Assembly: GCA_017398655.1 (NCBI GenBank)
Contig: JAFQFI010000055.1
Coordinates: forward strand, 51-64,050
Reading direction: 5' to 3'
From: Clostridia bacterium
Lineage (GTDB): Bacteria; Bacillota; Clostridia; Christensenellales; UBA1242
DNA length: 64,000 nt
Position numbers and translations under genes: made by a program
The notes under the pieces: generated by a model
The model's input: only the letters and a program-made list of their open reading frames with translations
Database searches by the model: none
Told to the model about the DNA's origin: nothing
Shown here: positions 27,554 to 38,693 of the stretch, piece after piece
How the letters are laid out: every line of letters begins with the position of its first letter
Position numbering within the stretch: position 1 is the first letter of the stretch

Positions 27554-29788
27554 TTGAGTAATTTAGAAATTTTAGCACCAGTTGGTAGTGAGCAAAGTTT
27601 TTATTGTGCCATAAATAATGGCGCAGATGCAGTATATTTGGGTCTTAAAAACTTTAATGCAAGAGATAAAGCCCAAAACTTTAGTGTAGAAAACATAAGA
27701 AATTATGTTAAATATGCGCATTTACATAATGTAAAAGTGTATGTTACAGTTAACACTATTTTAACAGATGAAGAATTGCCACAACTTTTAGATATGGTTG
27801 AAAGTGCTGTTAATGCAAAAGTTGATGCCTTTATTGTTCAAGATTTAGGCGTGGCAACATTACTTAAAAATACTTTTAAAGGTATTAATCTTCACGCAAG
27901 TACTCAAATGGGTATACATTCTTTGCAAGGTGCAAAGATAGCAGAGGAAATGGGTTTTAGCAGAATTGTTTTAAGCAGAGAAACTTCTATTGAAGATATA
28001 AAAGAAATAAAACAAAACACAAATTTAGAAATTGAATATTTTGTTCAGGGGGCATTATGTGTTTGTTTTTCAGGAAACTGTTATTTTAGTAGTTTGGCTT
28101 TTAATGAAAGTGGTAATAGAGGAAGATGTATGCAACCTTGTAGATTACCATATGTTTCTAAAGTAAATGGAGAAGAAATAAACAAAGGTTATTTATTATC
28201 TACCACAGATTTATGCTTTATTAAAAGAGTTAAACAATTAAAAGACCTTGGCATTTGTTCGTTAAAAATTGAAGGTAGGTTAAGAAGACCAGCTTATGTT
28301 GCCTATGCTACAAGGGCTTATTCAATGGCAAAAAAAGCAATTTTAGGTAAAGGTGAAATAAACGAGTTTGAAGTTGAAGAAAACTTAAAAAAATTATTTA
28401 ACAGAGGAGAATATAACAACGGATTATACCTAAATTGTGCAAATAATTTTAAAATTATAAACCAAGAATATCAAAATCATAGAGGTGTATTAGTTGGTTC
28501 TGTTTTAGAAGTAAAACCTTTTAAAGATATTTATGAAATTTTAGTAATAACAAATGGTTATGAAATAAAACAAAACGATGGATTGAAATTTGTATACAAC
28601 AAACAAGAACAAAGTATTGGTGTTGGTGGTGTAAAAAAGGCAAACAAAAAAGACCATTATTTTGTTTACACAAAAACAAAACCAAAAGAACAAAGTGAAG
28701 TGTTTTTAACTGTTGATAGTGCTTGGGAAAGTGAGTTGGAAAACACTAAAAATAAAATTGAATTTTCTGCTTATTTTGAGGGCAAAGTAGGCAAGAAACC
28801 ATTGCTTAAATTAAGAGTAAAAAATACCGAAATTTCACAAATATTATTTGATAATTTAGAAAAAGCAAAAAATCAAGGATTAACATATGAAACAATAAAA
28901 GATTGTTTAGAAAAAACAAACGATACTCCTTTTGTTTTAAAATCTTTAAAAACTGATATTCAAAATGTTTTTATGGCTCGATCTCAACTAAATGAACTTC
29001 GTCGACTTGCTTTAGTAAGTTTAGAAAAAGAGTTAATTAAAAATAATGAAAAAGATTTAATTAATATTAAAAAAGATGTAAGTTATTATGAAAATAATAA
29101 AGATTACAAAACAAAATGTAATCAAGAAATTTTTGTAGAAATTAACGAAGAAAATGATTTACTTGAAGTAAAAAATAATTTTAAAAATAATAAAGTAAAA
29201 ATAGTTTTTTCACCTATACACTTTTCTTTAAAAAATGTGGAAAACTTTTATAAAAAATGTTTAGAAAATAATATAGAAAAATTCTATTTAAATTTGCCAA
29301 AAGTAGCAAGAAAAATAGATTTTGACCAAGTTGAAAAAATAGTTTTAAGTTTTAAAACTAATCAAATAGGCGTTGTAGCTAATAACATTTCTGGTATTAA
29401 TTTTGTTAAACTTGATTATGAAGTAATTGGTGGTGTTTATCTTAATATTGCAAATAATTTTACTGCAAAAAAATTAAATGAATTTGGTGTAAAAATCTTT
29501 GTAAAAAGTTTTGAAAGTTTTGCAAATGATTTTGCTTTTGGATTGACTTATGTAGGCAAGCCAGATATAATGACTTTTTGTCATTGCCCATATAAAACAA
29601 ATTATAAAAATGATAGTTGTGAAGATTGTAAATTTAATAACAGTTTAACATATAAAGCTCAAAATGGAAGGGAATATAAAATTAACAGAACAAAAATAGA
29701 AAATTGTTATTTTACACTTATAAACAATGAAATTATAAACGAAAAAAACATTGAAGATAAAAATATTTATATTTCGCTTAAAAACTAA
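27554..29788 (+). CDS. U32-family peptidase-like protein (long form with a C-terminal extension)
   Basis: TTG start. N-terminus SNLEILAPVGS...GADAVYLG. Conserved E.F.QGALC...SGNCY.S block. Confidence 0.85.
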   Translation: MSNLEILAPVGSEQSFYCAINNGADAVYLGLKNFNARDKAQNFSVENIRNYVKYAHLHNVKVYVTVNTILTDEELPQLLDMVESAVNAKVDAFIVQDLGVATLLKNTFKGINLHASTQMGIHSLQGAKIAEEMGFSRIVLSRETSIEDIKEIKQNTNLEIEYFVQGALCVCFSGNCYFSSLAFNESGNRGRCMQPCRLPYVSKVNGEEINKGYLLSTTDLCFIKRVKQLKDLGICSLKIEGRLRRPAYVAYATRAYSMAKKAILGKGEINEFEVEENLKKLFNRGEYNNGLYLNCANNFKIINQEYQNHRGVLVGSVLEVKPFKDIYEILVITNGYEIKQNDGLKFVYNKQEQSIGVGGVKKANKKDHYFVYTKTKPKEQSEVFLTVDSAWESELENTKNKIEFSAYFEGKVGKKPLLKLRVKNTEISQILFDNLEKAKNQGLTYETIKDCLEKTNDTPFVLKSLKTDIQNVFMARSQLNELRRLALVSLEKELIKNNEKDLINIKKDVSYYENNKDYKTKCNQEIFVEINEENDLLEVKNNFKNNKVKIVFSPIHFSLKNVENFYKKCLENNIEKFYLNLPKVARKIDFDQVEKIVLSFKTNQIGVVANNISGINFVKLDYEVIGGVYLNIANNFTAKKLNEFGVKIFVKSFESFANDFAFGLTYVGKPDIMTFCHCPYKTNYKNDSCEDCKFNNSLTYKAQNGREYKINRTKIENCYFTLINNEIINEKNIEDKNIYISLKN

Positions 29789-30024
29789 TATATAAGGGAT
29801 TTGACTTAGTCAAATTCCCTTTTTTGTTATATAAAAAACATAAATTTAATAAATTTTTTTAATAAAAAAACACAAACTAAATTATATTAATTTTTTTGTG
29901 CAAAATGTAGTATTAAAAACAAAAAAAACACACTAAAAAAAGCTTTTACTTATTGACTTTTTTTGTCAAAAATATTAAACTTTAATCTGTTTTTAAAATA
30001 GTATGTATTTAGGAGAGTTAGCAG

Positions 30025-32280
30025 ATGAAAAAAGAAGAAACAACTGTTACAATTGACCCATGGAAAGGGTTTAAAAAAGGCGCTTGGCAAAAAGAAATTA
30101 ATGTAAGCGATTTTATTTTATCGAACTACAAAGAATACAAAGGCGATGATAGTTTCCTTTGTGGCAAATCAGAAAAAACAACAAAAATAATGAACAAAGT
30201 TGAAAAACTTTTAGCTCTTGAAGCAAAAAAAGGTTTACTTGATGTAGATTTAAAACATCTTTCAGGTGTAAACAGTTTTGCTGCAGGTTATATTGACAAG
30301 AAAAACGAAGTTATTGTTGGTCTTCAAACAGATAAACCACTTAAAAGAATTGTAAATCTTTATGGTGGTGTAAGAATGGCAAAAACTGCACTTGAAGCAT
30401 ATGGAAAACATCTTGATACAGACCTTGAAAATAAATTTAACGAATTTAGAAAATCACACAACCAAGGTGTTTTTGATGCATATACACCAGATATTAGAAA
30501 AGCAAGGAGTGCTGGTTTATTAACAGGTTTACCAGATGCTTATGGTAGAGGCAGAATTGTTGGCGATTACCGTCGTGTTGCCTTATATGGTATTGACAGA
30601 ATTAAAGAAGAAAAATTAAAAGAATTTAACACTGTAATGCTTGATGTTTCTACAGAAGAAGGCATCAGAATTAGAGAAGAAATGAGCGAACAATACAGAG
30701 CTCTTGACAAAATGAAAGAAATGGCTGCAAGTTATGGCTATGATATTTCAAGACCTGCAAACAACGCACAAGAAGCTGTTCAATGGACATATTTTGGTTA
30801 TCTTGCAAGTGTTAAAGAAAATAACGGTGCTGCAATGAGTTTGGGTAGAACTTCTACTTTCCTTGATTGCTACATTGAAAGAGATTTAAAAAATGGTGTT
30901 TTAACAGAAGAACAAGCTCAAGAACTTATCGATCAATTTATTATTAAACTTAGATTAGTTAGACACTTAAGAACACCTGACTATGATGAAATTTTTGCTG
31001 GCGATCCAACATGGGTTACAGAATCTATTGGTGGTATGGCTGATGATAAAAAGAGTTTAGTTACAAAAACATCTTTCAGATATCTTCAAACATTAATCAA
31101 CTTAAACCCAAGTCCAGAGCCAAACATGACAATTTTATATTCTTCAAAATTGCCAATTAAATTTAGAAAATTCTGTGCTAAAATTTCAATTTTAACAGAT
31201 TCAATTCAATACGAAGGCGACGATGTAATGCGTCCACTTTATGGCAACGATTATTCTATTGCTTGTTGCGTAAGTGCTATGAGAACTGGTAAACAAATGC
31301 AATTCTTTGGTGCTCGTTGCAACCTTGCTAAAGCTTTACTTTATGCTATCAATGGTGGTGTTGATGAAAAATCTGGTAAACTTGTAGTAAGTGGCTTAGA
31401 AAAAAATAACGAAAAAGTTTTAACTTACGATAAAGTAAGAAAACAATATTCAGTAGCTCTTAAGAAAATTGCAAAAACATATGTTGATGCAATGAACATT
31501 ATTCACTATATGCACGATAAATATGCATATGAAGCAAGCCAAATGGCTTTACACGACACTAAAGTTGATAGATTAATGGCTTTTGGTGTTGCAGGTTTCT
31601 CTGTTGCAGCAGATTCACTTTCAGCTATTAAATATGCAAAAGTATCTCCTGTAAGAAATGAAGAAGGTATTGCTGTTGATTTCAGTATTGATGGCGATTA
31701 TCCAAAATATGGTAATGATGATGATAGAGTTGACAAACTTGCTGTTGAACTTGCAAAAGAATTTATTGGTTACTTAAAAGAAAATCCATTATACAGAAAT
31801 GCAAAACATACACTTTCACTTTTAACAATTACATCAAACGTTATGTATGGTAAGAAAACTGGTACAACTCCAGACGGAAGAAAAGCTGGCGAACCATTTG
31901 CTCCTGGTGCAAACCCAATGCATGGTAGAGATTGTTCAGGTGCTTTAGCTTCTCTTAACTCTGTTGCAAAAGTTCCTTACTGTGATTGCTGTCAAGATGG
32001 TATTTCAAATACATTCTCAATTGTTCCAGATGCTTTAGGTCATGGTGATGATGAGCAACAAAATAATTTAGTTTCTATTCTTGATGGATACTTTAACCAA
32101 AAAGCACAACACCTTAATGTTAATGTATTTAATAGAGAACTTTTAATTGATGCTATGAATAATCCTTGGAAATATCCAAACTTAACTATTAGAGTTTCTG
32201 GTTATGCTGTTAACTTTAATAAATTAAGTAAAGCACATCAACAAGAAGTTATTTCAAGAACTTTCCACGAAAAAGTTTAA
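30025..32280 (+). CDS. pflB: Formate C-acetyltransferase (pyruvate formate-lyase)
   Basis: Active-site IACCVSAM and glycyl-radical motif RVSGYAV near the C-terminus. Confidence 0.97.
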   Translation: MKKEETTVTIDPWKGFKKGAWQKEINVSDFILSNYKEYKGDDSFLCGKSEKTTKIMNKVEKLLALEAKKGLLDVDLKHLSGVNSFAAGYIDKKNEVIVGLQTDKPLKRIVNLYGGVRMAKTALEAYGKHLDTDLENKFNEFRKSHNQGVFDAYTPDIRKARSAGLLTGLPDAYGRGRIVGDYRRVALYGIDRIKEEKLKEFNTVMLDVSTEEGIRIREEMSEQYRALDKMKEMAASYGYDISRPANNAQEAVQWTYFGYLASVKENNGAAMSLGRTSTFLDCYIERDLKNGVLTEEQAQELIDQFIIKLRLVRHLRTPDYDEIFAGDPTWVTESIGGMADDKKSLVTKTSFRYLQTLINLNPSPEPNMTILYSSKLPIKFRKFCAKISILTDSIQYEGDDVMRPLYGNDYSIACCVSAMRTGKQMQFFGARCNLAKALLYAINGGVDEKSGKLVVSGLEKNNEKVLTYDKVRKQYSVALKKIAKTYVDAMNIIHYMHDKYAYEASQMALHDTKVDRLMAFGVAGFSVAADSLSAIKYAKVSPVRNEEGIAVDFSIDGDYPKYGNDDDRVDKLAVELAKEFIGYLKENPLYRNAKHTLSLLTITSNVMYGKKTGTTPDGRKAGEPFAPGANPMHGRDCSGALASLNSVAKVPYCDCCQDGISNTFSIVPDALGHGDDEQQNNLVSILDGYFNQKAQHLNVNVFNRELLIDAMNNPWKYPNLTIRVSGYAVNFNKLSKAHQQEVISRTFHEKV

Positions 32281-32310
32281 TAATAAAATAAACTTAAATA
32301 TGTACTAATT

Positions 32311-32344
32311 AAAAACCCTTGGCGTTATGCTAAGGGTTTTTTTA
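32311..32344 (+). terminator. Terminator or attenuating hairpin between pflB and pflA
   Basis: Stem AACCCTTGGC/GCTAAGGGTT followed by a T-run. Confidence 0.7.
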
Positions 32345-32437
32345 AGTATTTTTAATAAATTCTTAAAATCTTTTATTTAAAAGAACTTTATAATTTTTAT
32401 TTTTGTATTTTTTTAATATTTTTTAACAAATAAATAC

Positions 32438-32466
32438 TTGTTAAAAGTACATACTTTTAGTAAAAT
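32438..32466 (+). promoter_or_regulatory. Promoter-like TTGTTA-17-TAAAAT upstream of pflA
   Basis: Hexamers at 32438-32443 and 32461-32466 with a 17-nt spacer. Confidence 0.4.
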
Positions 32467-32495
32467 ATCAAGGTAAATAAAGGGTAAAAAAATAA

Positions 32496-33233
32496 ATGAC
32501 AAAAGAAGTTAAAAGTGAAGAGGTTTTAGGTAATGTTTCTTCAATAGAAACAACTGGTTTTGTTGATGGTCCGGGCATAAGGGTTCTTGTTTTTTTACAA
32601 GGTTGTCCACTAAGATGTTTGTATTGTCATAATCCAGAAAATTTATCTTTAAAAACAGAAAAAAAATTAATGACTTCGGAAGAAGTTGTAAAAAAAATTA
32701 AAAGATATTCAAGTTATTTTGGTAAGGAAGGTGGAGTAACTTTTTCTGGTGGAGAGCCATTAATGCAAAGCAAATTTTTATTGCAAACTCTTAAACTTTG
32801 CAAAGAAAACAATATAAACACTGCAATAGATACCTCTGGTTGTGCTGATGATTTTGAAGAAATTTTAGATTATGTAGATACAGTTATTTTAGATATTAAA
32901 GCAATAGACCCACAGGCATACAAAAAACTTACAGGGCAAAACATAGATAGGTTTAATAACTTTTTAAAAGTTTGCCAAGAAAAAAAGAAAAAACTTTGGT
33001 TAAGACAAGTAATTGTTCCGGGTTTTAATGATACAGAAGAAGATATTTTAAAGTTAAAACAATTTATTTCTAAAATTAAAAATGTAAAAAAAGTAGAGCT
33101 TTTACCATATCACGATATGGCTAAAGATAAATATAAAAAACTTGGTATGAAATATAGGTTAGAAAAAACTCCTGCAATGGATAAAGCAAGATGTTTAAAA
33201 TTACAAAAACTATTATTAAAAAAAGATAAATAA
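32496..33233 (+). CDS. pflA: Pyruvate formate-lyase activating enzyme (radical SAM)
   Basis: CPLRCLYCHN CxxxCxxC motif and a GGVTFSGGEP block. Confidence 0.95.
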   Translation: MTKEVKSEEVLGNVSSIETTGFVDGPGIRVLVFLQGCPLRCLYCHNPENLSLKTEKKLMTSEEVVKKIKRYSSYFGKEGGVTFSGGEPLMQSKFLLQTLKLCKENNINTAIDTSGCADDFEEILDYVDTVILDIKAIDPQAYKKLTGQNIDRFNNFLKVCQEKKKKLWLRQVIVPGFNDTEEDILKLKQFISKIKNVKKVELLPYHDMAKDKYKKLGMKYRLEKTPAMDKARCLKLQKLLLKKDK

Positions 33234-33456
33234 AAGCAATTGAAAACATTTTTCAATTGTTTTTTATTTTAATAAATATTTATTTATTTGTATTTTTATT
33301 AATAAAAAAGCTCATTATTTTTATTTAATGCATAATTAATTAATATTTTATGCAAAAACATTTTAATTTATATAATAACTTTTATTAAATTTTATTTTTT
33401 TATTTGTCTACAAAAAAATAATAATGTATAATTTATCTATATTTTAGGGGGTCCAT

Positions 33457-34725
33457 ATGAAAAATTTTACTAAAAAGATATTTTCTTGTTTAGTAGCATT
33501 GGTAATGATGTTTGGTTTTGGTTCTGTTCTTTTTGCTTGTGGTGAAGATCCATCAAATCCAGAAGTTAAAACAAGTAAAGTTATGAATTTAACACTTAAT
33601 CCATCAATAGAACTTGTTTTAGATAAAGATAATAATGTTGTTAGTGTTAGTGCAAATAATGATGAAGGAAATTTTATTTTGGCTCAAGCACAATTTGTTT
33701 CCTTATCTGCAGATGCTGCTGTTGAAAAATTTTTAGAATTGACAAAAGATAATGGTTTTTTAGTAGAAGGAGAAATTTCTTTTAGTGAAAATCAATTTAA
33801 AATTGAAATTTCTGGTAATAACTCTTCTTTATATAATCAAGTAGTAAAAAATGCAAAAGAGTATTTAGAAGATACAAATTTTAATGTTAACTTTTCTTTT
33901 GAAAAAATTAATAAAGCAGAATTACAATCTTTAGTAAGAAAATCTATGAAAGATTTAACAGAAATTGAAATTTTTAGAATGAGTGAAGAACAACTTATTT
34001 CAAAAGTTAAAGAAATTAGAGAAGAAACAAAAGATATTTATTCTCAAGAATTAAAAAATTTGTATTATTCTTTAAGAGAAGGTGAAATTTTAAAAGCAAA
34101 ATTTGAAGCAGTTAAAACTCAACTTGATAATATACCAGAAATTGCAGAGAATATATTTACTACATTTTTAAACGATTTAAACATTGATTTAAATTTAATT
34201 GCTGGAACTACTAATTTTGAAAAATTTAAAACACATTTAAACAATACAATTGAAGAATTAGAAAGCCAAATTAATATTTATAAATCTACATACGAAGCAC
34301 AATTTATTAATACAAATAGTTATAACGACGCTTTAAACAGCTATATTGAAGCAAAAAAAGATTTACTTGAAGCAAGATTAAATAAAGAAGATGAAACCAT
34401 CATACAAGGTTTTGAAATTGCTGCTGAAGCAGCATATGATGCTTTATATGGAAATTCAGACAAACAAATTGAAGGCGCTTTAAAAATTGCTTCTGATATA
34501 GTGAGTGTTGTTGCTGAAGAGTTAATAAGTATTGAAGAATCTTTAAACAGTGCAATTAATATTATTTTAACATTTCTTGACCAAGCAGATATTAATTTGC
34601 AAATAGAAAATGCAAAATCATCTTTTTATACAAGCTTTACTTCTAATTTAGGTTATGGTACAGAAATTGCAAATAGTAAAGATTTTTGGAATACATTAAA
34701 GCCAAATGTTGAAGTTGGTGAATAA
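33457..34725 (+). CDS. Lipoprotein of unknown function (coiled-coil-rich)
   Basis: Signal peptide with a lipobox-like LFAC|GE. GGGGG RBS. Terminator at 34733-34762. Confidence 0.6.
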   Translation: MKNFTKKIFSCLVALVMMFGFGSVLFACGEDPSNPEVKTSKVMNLTLNPSIELVLDKDNNVVSVSANNDEGNFILAQAQFVSLSADAAVEKFLELTKDNGFLVEGEISFSENQFKIEISGNNSSLYNQVVKNAKEYLEDTNFNVNFSFEKINKAELQSLVRKSMKDLTEIEIFRMSEEQLISKVKEIREETKDIYSQELKNLYYSLREGEILKAKFEAVKTQLDNIPEIAENIFTTFLNDLNIDLNLIAGTTNFEKFKTHLNNTIEELESQINIYKSTYEAQFINTNSYNDALNSYIEAKKDLLEARLNKEDETIIQGFEIAAEAAYDALYGNSDKQIEGALKIASDIVSVVAEELISIEESLNSAINIILTFLDQADINLQIENAKSSFYTSFTSNLGYGTEIANSKDFWNTLKPNVEVGE

Positions 34726-34880
34726 TTAAACAAAAAGCAAAGAAAATTTCTTTGCTTTTTTTATTACTTAAACTTATATATTCCTTTATTTTATTATAAA
34801 TTAAAGGTTTTTATTTTGTTGTGAAAATTCTATTAAAAAAAACAAAAAAGAAAAAAAAGAAAAACATTAATTTAAACAAT

Positions 34881-34899
34881 TTTTTACAAAACTTTTACA
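34881..34899 (+). promoter_or_regulatory. Direct-repeat element TTTTTACAAAACTTTTACA (TTTACA half-sites 11 bp apart) upstream of the TCS operon
   Basis: TTTACA at 34883 and 34894, lying 32 nt upstream of an extended -10 (TGgTAGAAT, 34929-34937) that lacks a good -35. 18 of 19 nt match the element at 40366. Confidence 0.4.
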
Positions 34900-34961
34900 T
34901 TTAAAAAAAACAAAAACTATAAAAAGTATGGTAGAATAAATTTTGTAAAAGGAGATTTGTT

Positions 34962-35636
34962 ATGCTTAAAAAATTGTTAGTTATTGAAGATGATAAAGAG
35001 TTAAATAGTTCTTTGTGTAGTTATTTGCAACAAAACGAGTATAACACAGTTTCTTGTGAAAATGGCTTAGAGGCATTAATCGTAGTAGAAAATCAGAAAT
35101 TTGATTTAATAATTAGTGATATTATGATGCCAAAAATAGATGGTTTTACTTTTGTAGAAAAAATAAGAGAAAAAGATAAAAAAACCCCAATAATTTTTAT
35201 GACTGCAAGAGATGATAAGTTTTCAAAACAGCTTGGTTATAAGTTGGGCATAGATGATTATATTGTTAAACCTTTTGATATTGAAGAGTTGGCTTTAAAA
35301 ATAGGCGCAATACTTAGAAGAACAACTTTTGAAGAGAACAAAGAACTTGTTGTTGGTAATTTAACACTTAATTGTACAGAGCATATGGGTTATATTGATG
35401 GCAAAGAAATGTCTTTAACTGTTAGAGAATTTGATTTGTTATTTAAATTATTGTCTTATCCTAAAAAGACATTTACTCGATCACAACTTATGGAAGAGTT
35501 TTGGGATTTTGATTCTTCTGCTACATCAAGAACGGTAGATGTTTATATGGCAAAACTTAGAGAGAAAACAAGCAATTGCAATGGTTTTGAAATAGTTACC
35601 GTTCATGGCTTAGGTTACAAGGTGGTATTAAAGTGA
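34962..35636 (+). CDS. OmpR/PhoB-family response regulator
   Basis: Receiver domain (DLIISDIMMPKIDG) plus a winged-helix output domain (TVHGLGYK). Confidence 0.9.
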   Translation: MLKKLLVIEDDKELNSSLCSYLQQNEYNTVSCENGLEALIVVENQKFDLIISDIMMPKIDGFTFVEKIREKDKKTPIIFMTARDDKFSKQLGYKLGIDDYIVKPFDIEELALKIGAILRRTTFEENKELVVGNLTLNCTEHMGYIDGKEMSLTVREFDLLFKLLSYPKKTFTRSQLMEEFWDFDSSATSRTVDVYMAKLREKTSNCNGFEIVTVHGLGYKVVLK

Positions 35637-36676
35637 AAAGAAGTACAAACGAAATAAAGTTTTCTATTATTGGTTTTTTGCTATTTTTTGTAACTATTAT
35701 TATAACATCAACCAGTTCTATTGTTATTTATTACATAGCAAATAAAAATACAAGAGGAGATACTTTAATTATTGTTTTATCTGTTTTAGGCATAATTATT
35801 GTAGGGGCTTTTTTTTGTTGTATTATGGATATTATAAGAAGAAAACTTATGATTGAAAAACCTGTAAATATGATTTTAGATGCAACACAAAAAATTGCTT
35901 CTGGCGATTTTAGTGTAAAACTTTTGCCACTACATAGTTATAATAAATACGATCAATATGATTTGATTTTTGAAAATATTAATAAAATGTCTGCCGAACT
36001 TTCAAAAAATGAAATGTTAAAAACAGATTTTATATCAAATGTTTCGCACGAAATAAAAACACCTCTTACGGTAATTCAAAACTATGCAAAAACACTTCAA
36101 AATGAAAATTTAGCAAAAGAAAAAAAGAAAGAATGTTTAATTGGGCTTGAAAGGCAGACAATAAAATTATCAAATTTAATTTCTAATATATTAAAACTTA
36201 ATAAACTTGAAAATCAAAAAATAAATGTAGAAATGGCTAAGTTTGATTTATCAGAATTAGTAAGAGTTGTTACTTTGCAGTATGAAACATTATTAGAAAA
36301 AAAAGAAATAACACTTAAATGTGATATTGACGAAATTAAAATTTACTCTTCTCAAACTTTGCTTGAAATTGTAATAAATAATTTAATTTCTAATGCAATC
36401 AAGTTTACAAGTCAAAAAGGAAAAATTAATATCAGTTTAAAAAAGAAAGATAAGTATGTTGAAATAAAAGTTAAAGATAATGGTTGTGGCATTTCTAAAG
36501 AAGTGGGCAATCATATTTTTGAAAAATTTTATCAGGGCGACACTTCTCATAGTTCTGAAGGTAATGGGTTGGGGCTTGCTCTTGTTAAAAAAGTTATTGA
36601 CCTAATTGGTGGCGAGATTTTTGTAGAAAGTAAAGTGGGAGTTGGAAGTACTTTTATTGTTAAATTGGCAAATTAA
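35633..36676 (+). CDS. Sensor histidine kinase (2 TM helices, short extracytoplasmic loop)
   Basis: H-box SHEIKTPLT. N and G boxes (NAIKFT, DNGCGI, GNGLGLALV). GTGA overlap with the regulator's stop codon. Confidence 0.9.
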   Translation: MKRSTNEIKFSIIGFLLFFVTIIITSTSSIVIYYIANKNTRGDTLIIVLSVLGIIIVGAFFCCIMDIIRRKLMIEKPVNMILDATQKIASGDFSVKLLPLHSYNKYDQYDLIFENINKMSAELSKNEMLKTDFISNVSHEIKTPLTVIQNYAKTLQNENLAKEKKKECLIGLERQTIKLSNLISNILKLNKLENQKINVEMAKFDLSELVRVVTLQYETLLEKKEITLKCDIDEIKIYSSQTLLEIVINNLISNAIKFTSQKGKINISLKKKDKYVEIKVKDNGCGISKEVGNHIFEKFYQGDTSHSSEGNGLGLALVKKVIDLIGGEIFVESKVGVGSTFIVKLAN

Positions 36677-36726
36677 ATGTTTGCTATAAATAATTAGAAA
36701 ATAAAAAATTTTAATAAAGGAGAAAA

Positions 36727-37785
36727 ATGAATTTTTTTAAAAGGGCTTGGAACAAAATTAAAACCCCAAATATTTTGTGGTTAACGCTGTTTTACATTGG
36801 CTTTGTACTGCTTGTAGCAGGAACTATAGTTCTTGTTGTTTTAGTTAAAAAACAAACAGTATTTCATTATATTTTATATTTTGTTTCGGCTATAAGTTTA
36901 AGCTATTTTATTTATACTATAGTGATATATGCAAAAAAAATGAAAGCTGGCATTGTAAAAATTTTAAAAAAATACAAGTTAACAAGAATTTTGTTAACTA
37001 ATTATGGTTATAGAACTATAATGTTTTCATTTTTTTCTTTTATTTTAAATGTTGCATATGTTGCATTTATTGGTATTTTTGGTATTTTATCAAGGTCAGA
37101 GTGGTATATTTCTATTGCTTCTTATTACTTGATATTAAGTTTAACTAAAGGTGCTGTTTTTTATAACAGAAAAAGAAACAACACAAAGTTAAAGCAAGCA
37201 AAAGTTTATAGATATTGTGGAGTTATGCTTATAATTTTAACTTTTGTTTTGTCTGGTATTTTAGTGTTAATTTATACAGCAAATATGTCTTTTAAATATG
37301 CAGGAATTATGTTATATGCTGTTGCTGCCTACACTTTTACTTATTTAATTTTGGCAATTTACAACTTTTTTAAAGTTAAAAAATACGATGATTTATTTAT
37401 TGAAAGTATAAGAAATATCAATCTTGCAAAAGCATTAGTTTCTGTTATAGTTTTACAAGTTGCTATGTTTCATGCATTTTCACCACAAAGTCAAAAAAGT
37501 GCAGCAAATGCAATAACAGGCCTTGCAATAAGTGTTTTAATTTTAATAGTAGGTATTTTTATGATTATAAAAGCTAATAAAATTATTAAAGATAAAAAGA
37601 GCTTAAAAAAATCGAAAACAGAAAACAATATTGAAAATAATGATTTGGTAATTAATTTACAAAATATTAATTTAAATAAAAAAACAGAGAATAAAAAACA
37701 ATTTAAAATTTATAATGATAAAAACAACCACGATGCTCAAATTGAAATTTTAGAAGAAAAGGATAAGACAAATGAAGAAAACTGA
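36727..37785 (+). CDS. Polytopic membrane protein of unknown function (352 aa) with an N/K-rich tail
   Basis: Multiple hydrophobic helices. GGAG RBS. Overlapped by the next gene. Confidence 0.6.
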   Translation: MNFFKRAWNKIKTPNILWLTLFYIGFVLLVAGTIVLVVLVKKQTVFHYILYFVSAISLSYFIYTIVIYAKKMKAGIVKILKKYKLTRILLTNYGYRTIMFSFFSFILNVAYVAFIGIFGILSRSEWYISIASYYLILSLTKGAVFYNRKRNNTKLKQAKVYRYCGVMLIILTFVLSGILVLIYTANMSFKYAGIMLYAVAAYTFTYLILAIYNFFKVKKYDDLFIESIRNINLAKALVSVIVLQVAMFHAFSPQSQKSAANAITGLAISVLILIVGIFMIIKANKIIKDKKSLKKSKTENNIENNDLVINLQNINLNKKTENKKQFKIYNDKNNHDAQIEILEEKDKTNEEN

Positions 37786-38164
37786 ATACGATTTTAAATA
37801 TGAATATTCTGCTCCTACTGCAGAAGAAAGAAAAGAAATTGAGAGCATTCGTAGAAGCTATCTTCCTGAAAATAACAACAACAGTTTAAGTTATTTAAGA
37901 AAATTAGATAACAAAGTTAAAAGTTATCCTACAATTATTTCTCTTGTTTTAGGTATAGTTAGTTTATTAATTTTTGGCTTAGGGCTTACAATGATATTAG
38001 AGTGGCAAATGGTTGGCTTAGGAGTTTTTGTAGGTTTAATTGGTTTAATAACTATGTTTTTTGTTTATCCAATATTTTTAAAAGTAAATAGCTTTTTAAA
38101 AAACAAATATTCTGATAAAATTTTAAAGATAAGTGAAGAGTTGTTAAATGATGAAAATAAATGA
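37772..38164 (+). CDS. Small 2-TM membrane protein (130 aa), paralog of 40478-40837
   Basis: The soluble N-terminal helix (IESIRRSY), TM hairpin (GIVSLLIFGLGL...VGLIGLI) and C-terminal ISEELLNDENK align along their length with the product of 40478. Confidence 0.6.
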   Translation: MKKTEYDFKYEYSAPTAEERKEIESIRRSYLPENNNNSLSYLRKLDNKVKSYPTIISLVLGIVSLLIFGLGLTMILEWQMVGLGVFVGLIGLITMFFVYPIFLKVNSFLKNKYSDKILKISEELLNDENK

Positions 38165-38693
38165 TTATAATAATTATGATGTTTTAAATTTATATGTAAA
38201 AAGAAATAAGTTAGAAGACATTATTAAAAAATATGAAATTTTTGGTTGGCAATTAGAAAAGCAAGAAGATAATAAAGATTATGAAGATATTGTAGAAGTT
38301 GCTTTTGTTAGACCTCATAAAATAAAAAATAAAGATGATTTGCAATTATTGCAAGTTTATATGGAAGAACGCCTTAATAAAGTTGGACAAATAGAAAGAA
38401 GCAAAAACGCCAAGACAACTTCTCTTGCTTTAATTTTTGGTTTACTTGGTATGGCTTTATTAGTTTTAGGATCGTTGGATTTAATTTTTAAGTTTTTTAA
38501 TATTTGGGCTTCTGGCGATATAATATTTTTAGTATTAGGTTTAATTTTAGTTTTTACAGGATCTTTTATTGTTCCAAAGATTTATAAAAAAGAAAAAGTT
38601 GACTTTGATGCTAAAATAAGTGTATTAGAGTTGGAAATTGAAAATATTTGCGAAAGGGCAAAGTTTTTAATGGGAGGTAAAAATGGAAAATAA
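38148..38693 (+). CDS. Membrane protein (181 aa): soluble N-terminal domain plus TM hairpin plus C-terminal helix
   Basis: Start overlaps the upstream gene by 17 nt. Two TM helices at about aa 95-145. Confidence 0.55.
   Translation: MMKINDYNNYDVLNLYVKRNKLEDIIKKYEIFGWQLEKQEDNKDYEDIVEVAFVRPHKIKNKDDLQLLQVYMEERLNKVGQIERSKNAKTTSLALIFGLLGMALLVLGSLDLIFKFFNIWASGDIIFLVLGLILVFTGSFIVPKIYKKEKVDFDAKISVLELEIENICERAKFLMGGKNGK

Noticed and set aside
26707-29788. The collagen-like protein next to a U32 'collagenase-family' peptidase, read as a substrate/protease pair.
   Set aside because: The two genes are separated by a strong terminator (27438-27480) and a separate start region. The U32 protein has no signal peptide. 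Characterised U32 members (RlhA, TrhP, UbiU/UbiV) act in RNA hydroxylation or quinone biosynthesis rather than collagen degradation. The adjacency is most likely coincidental.
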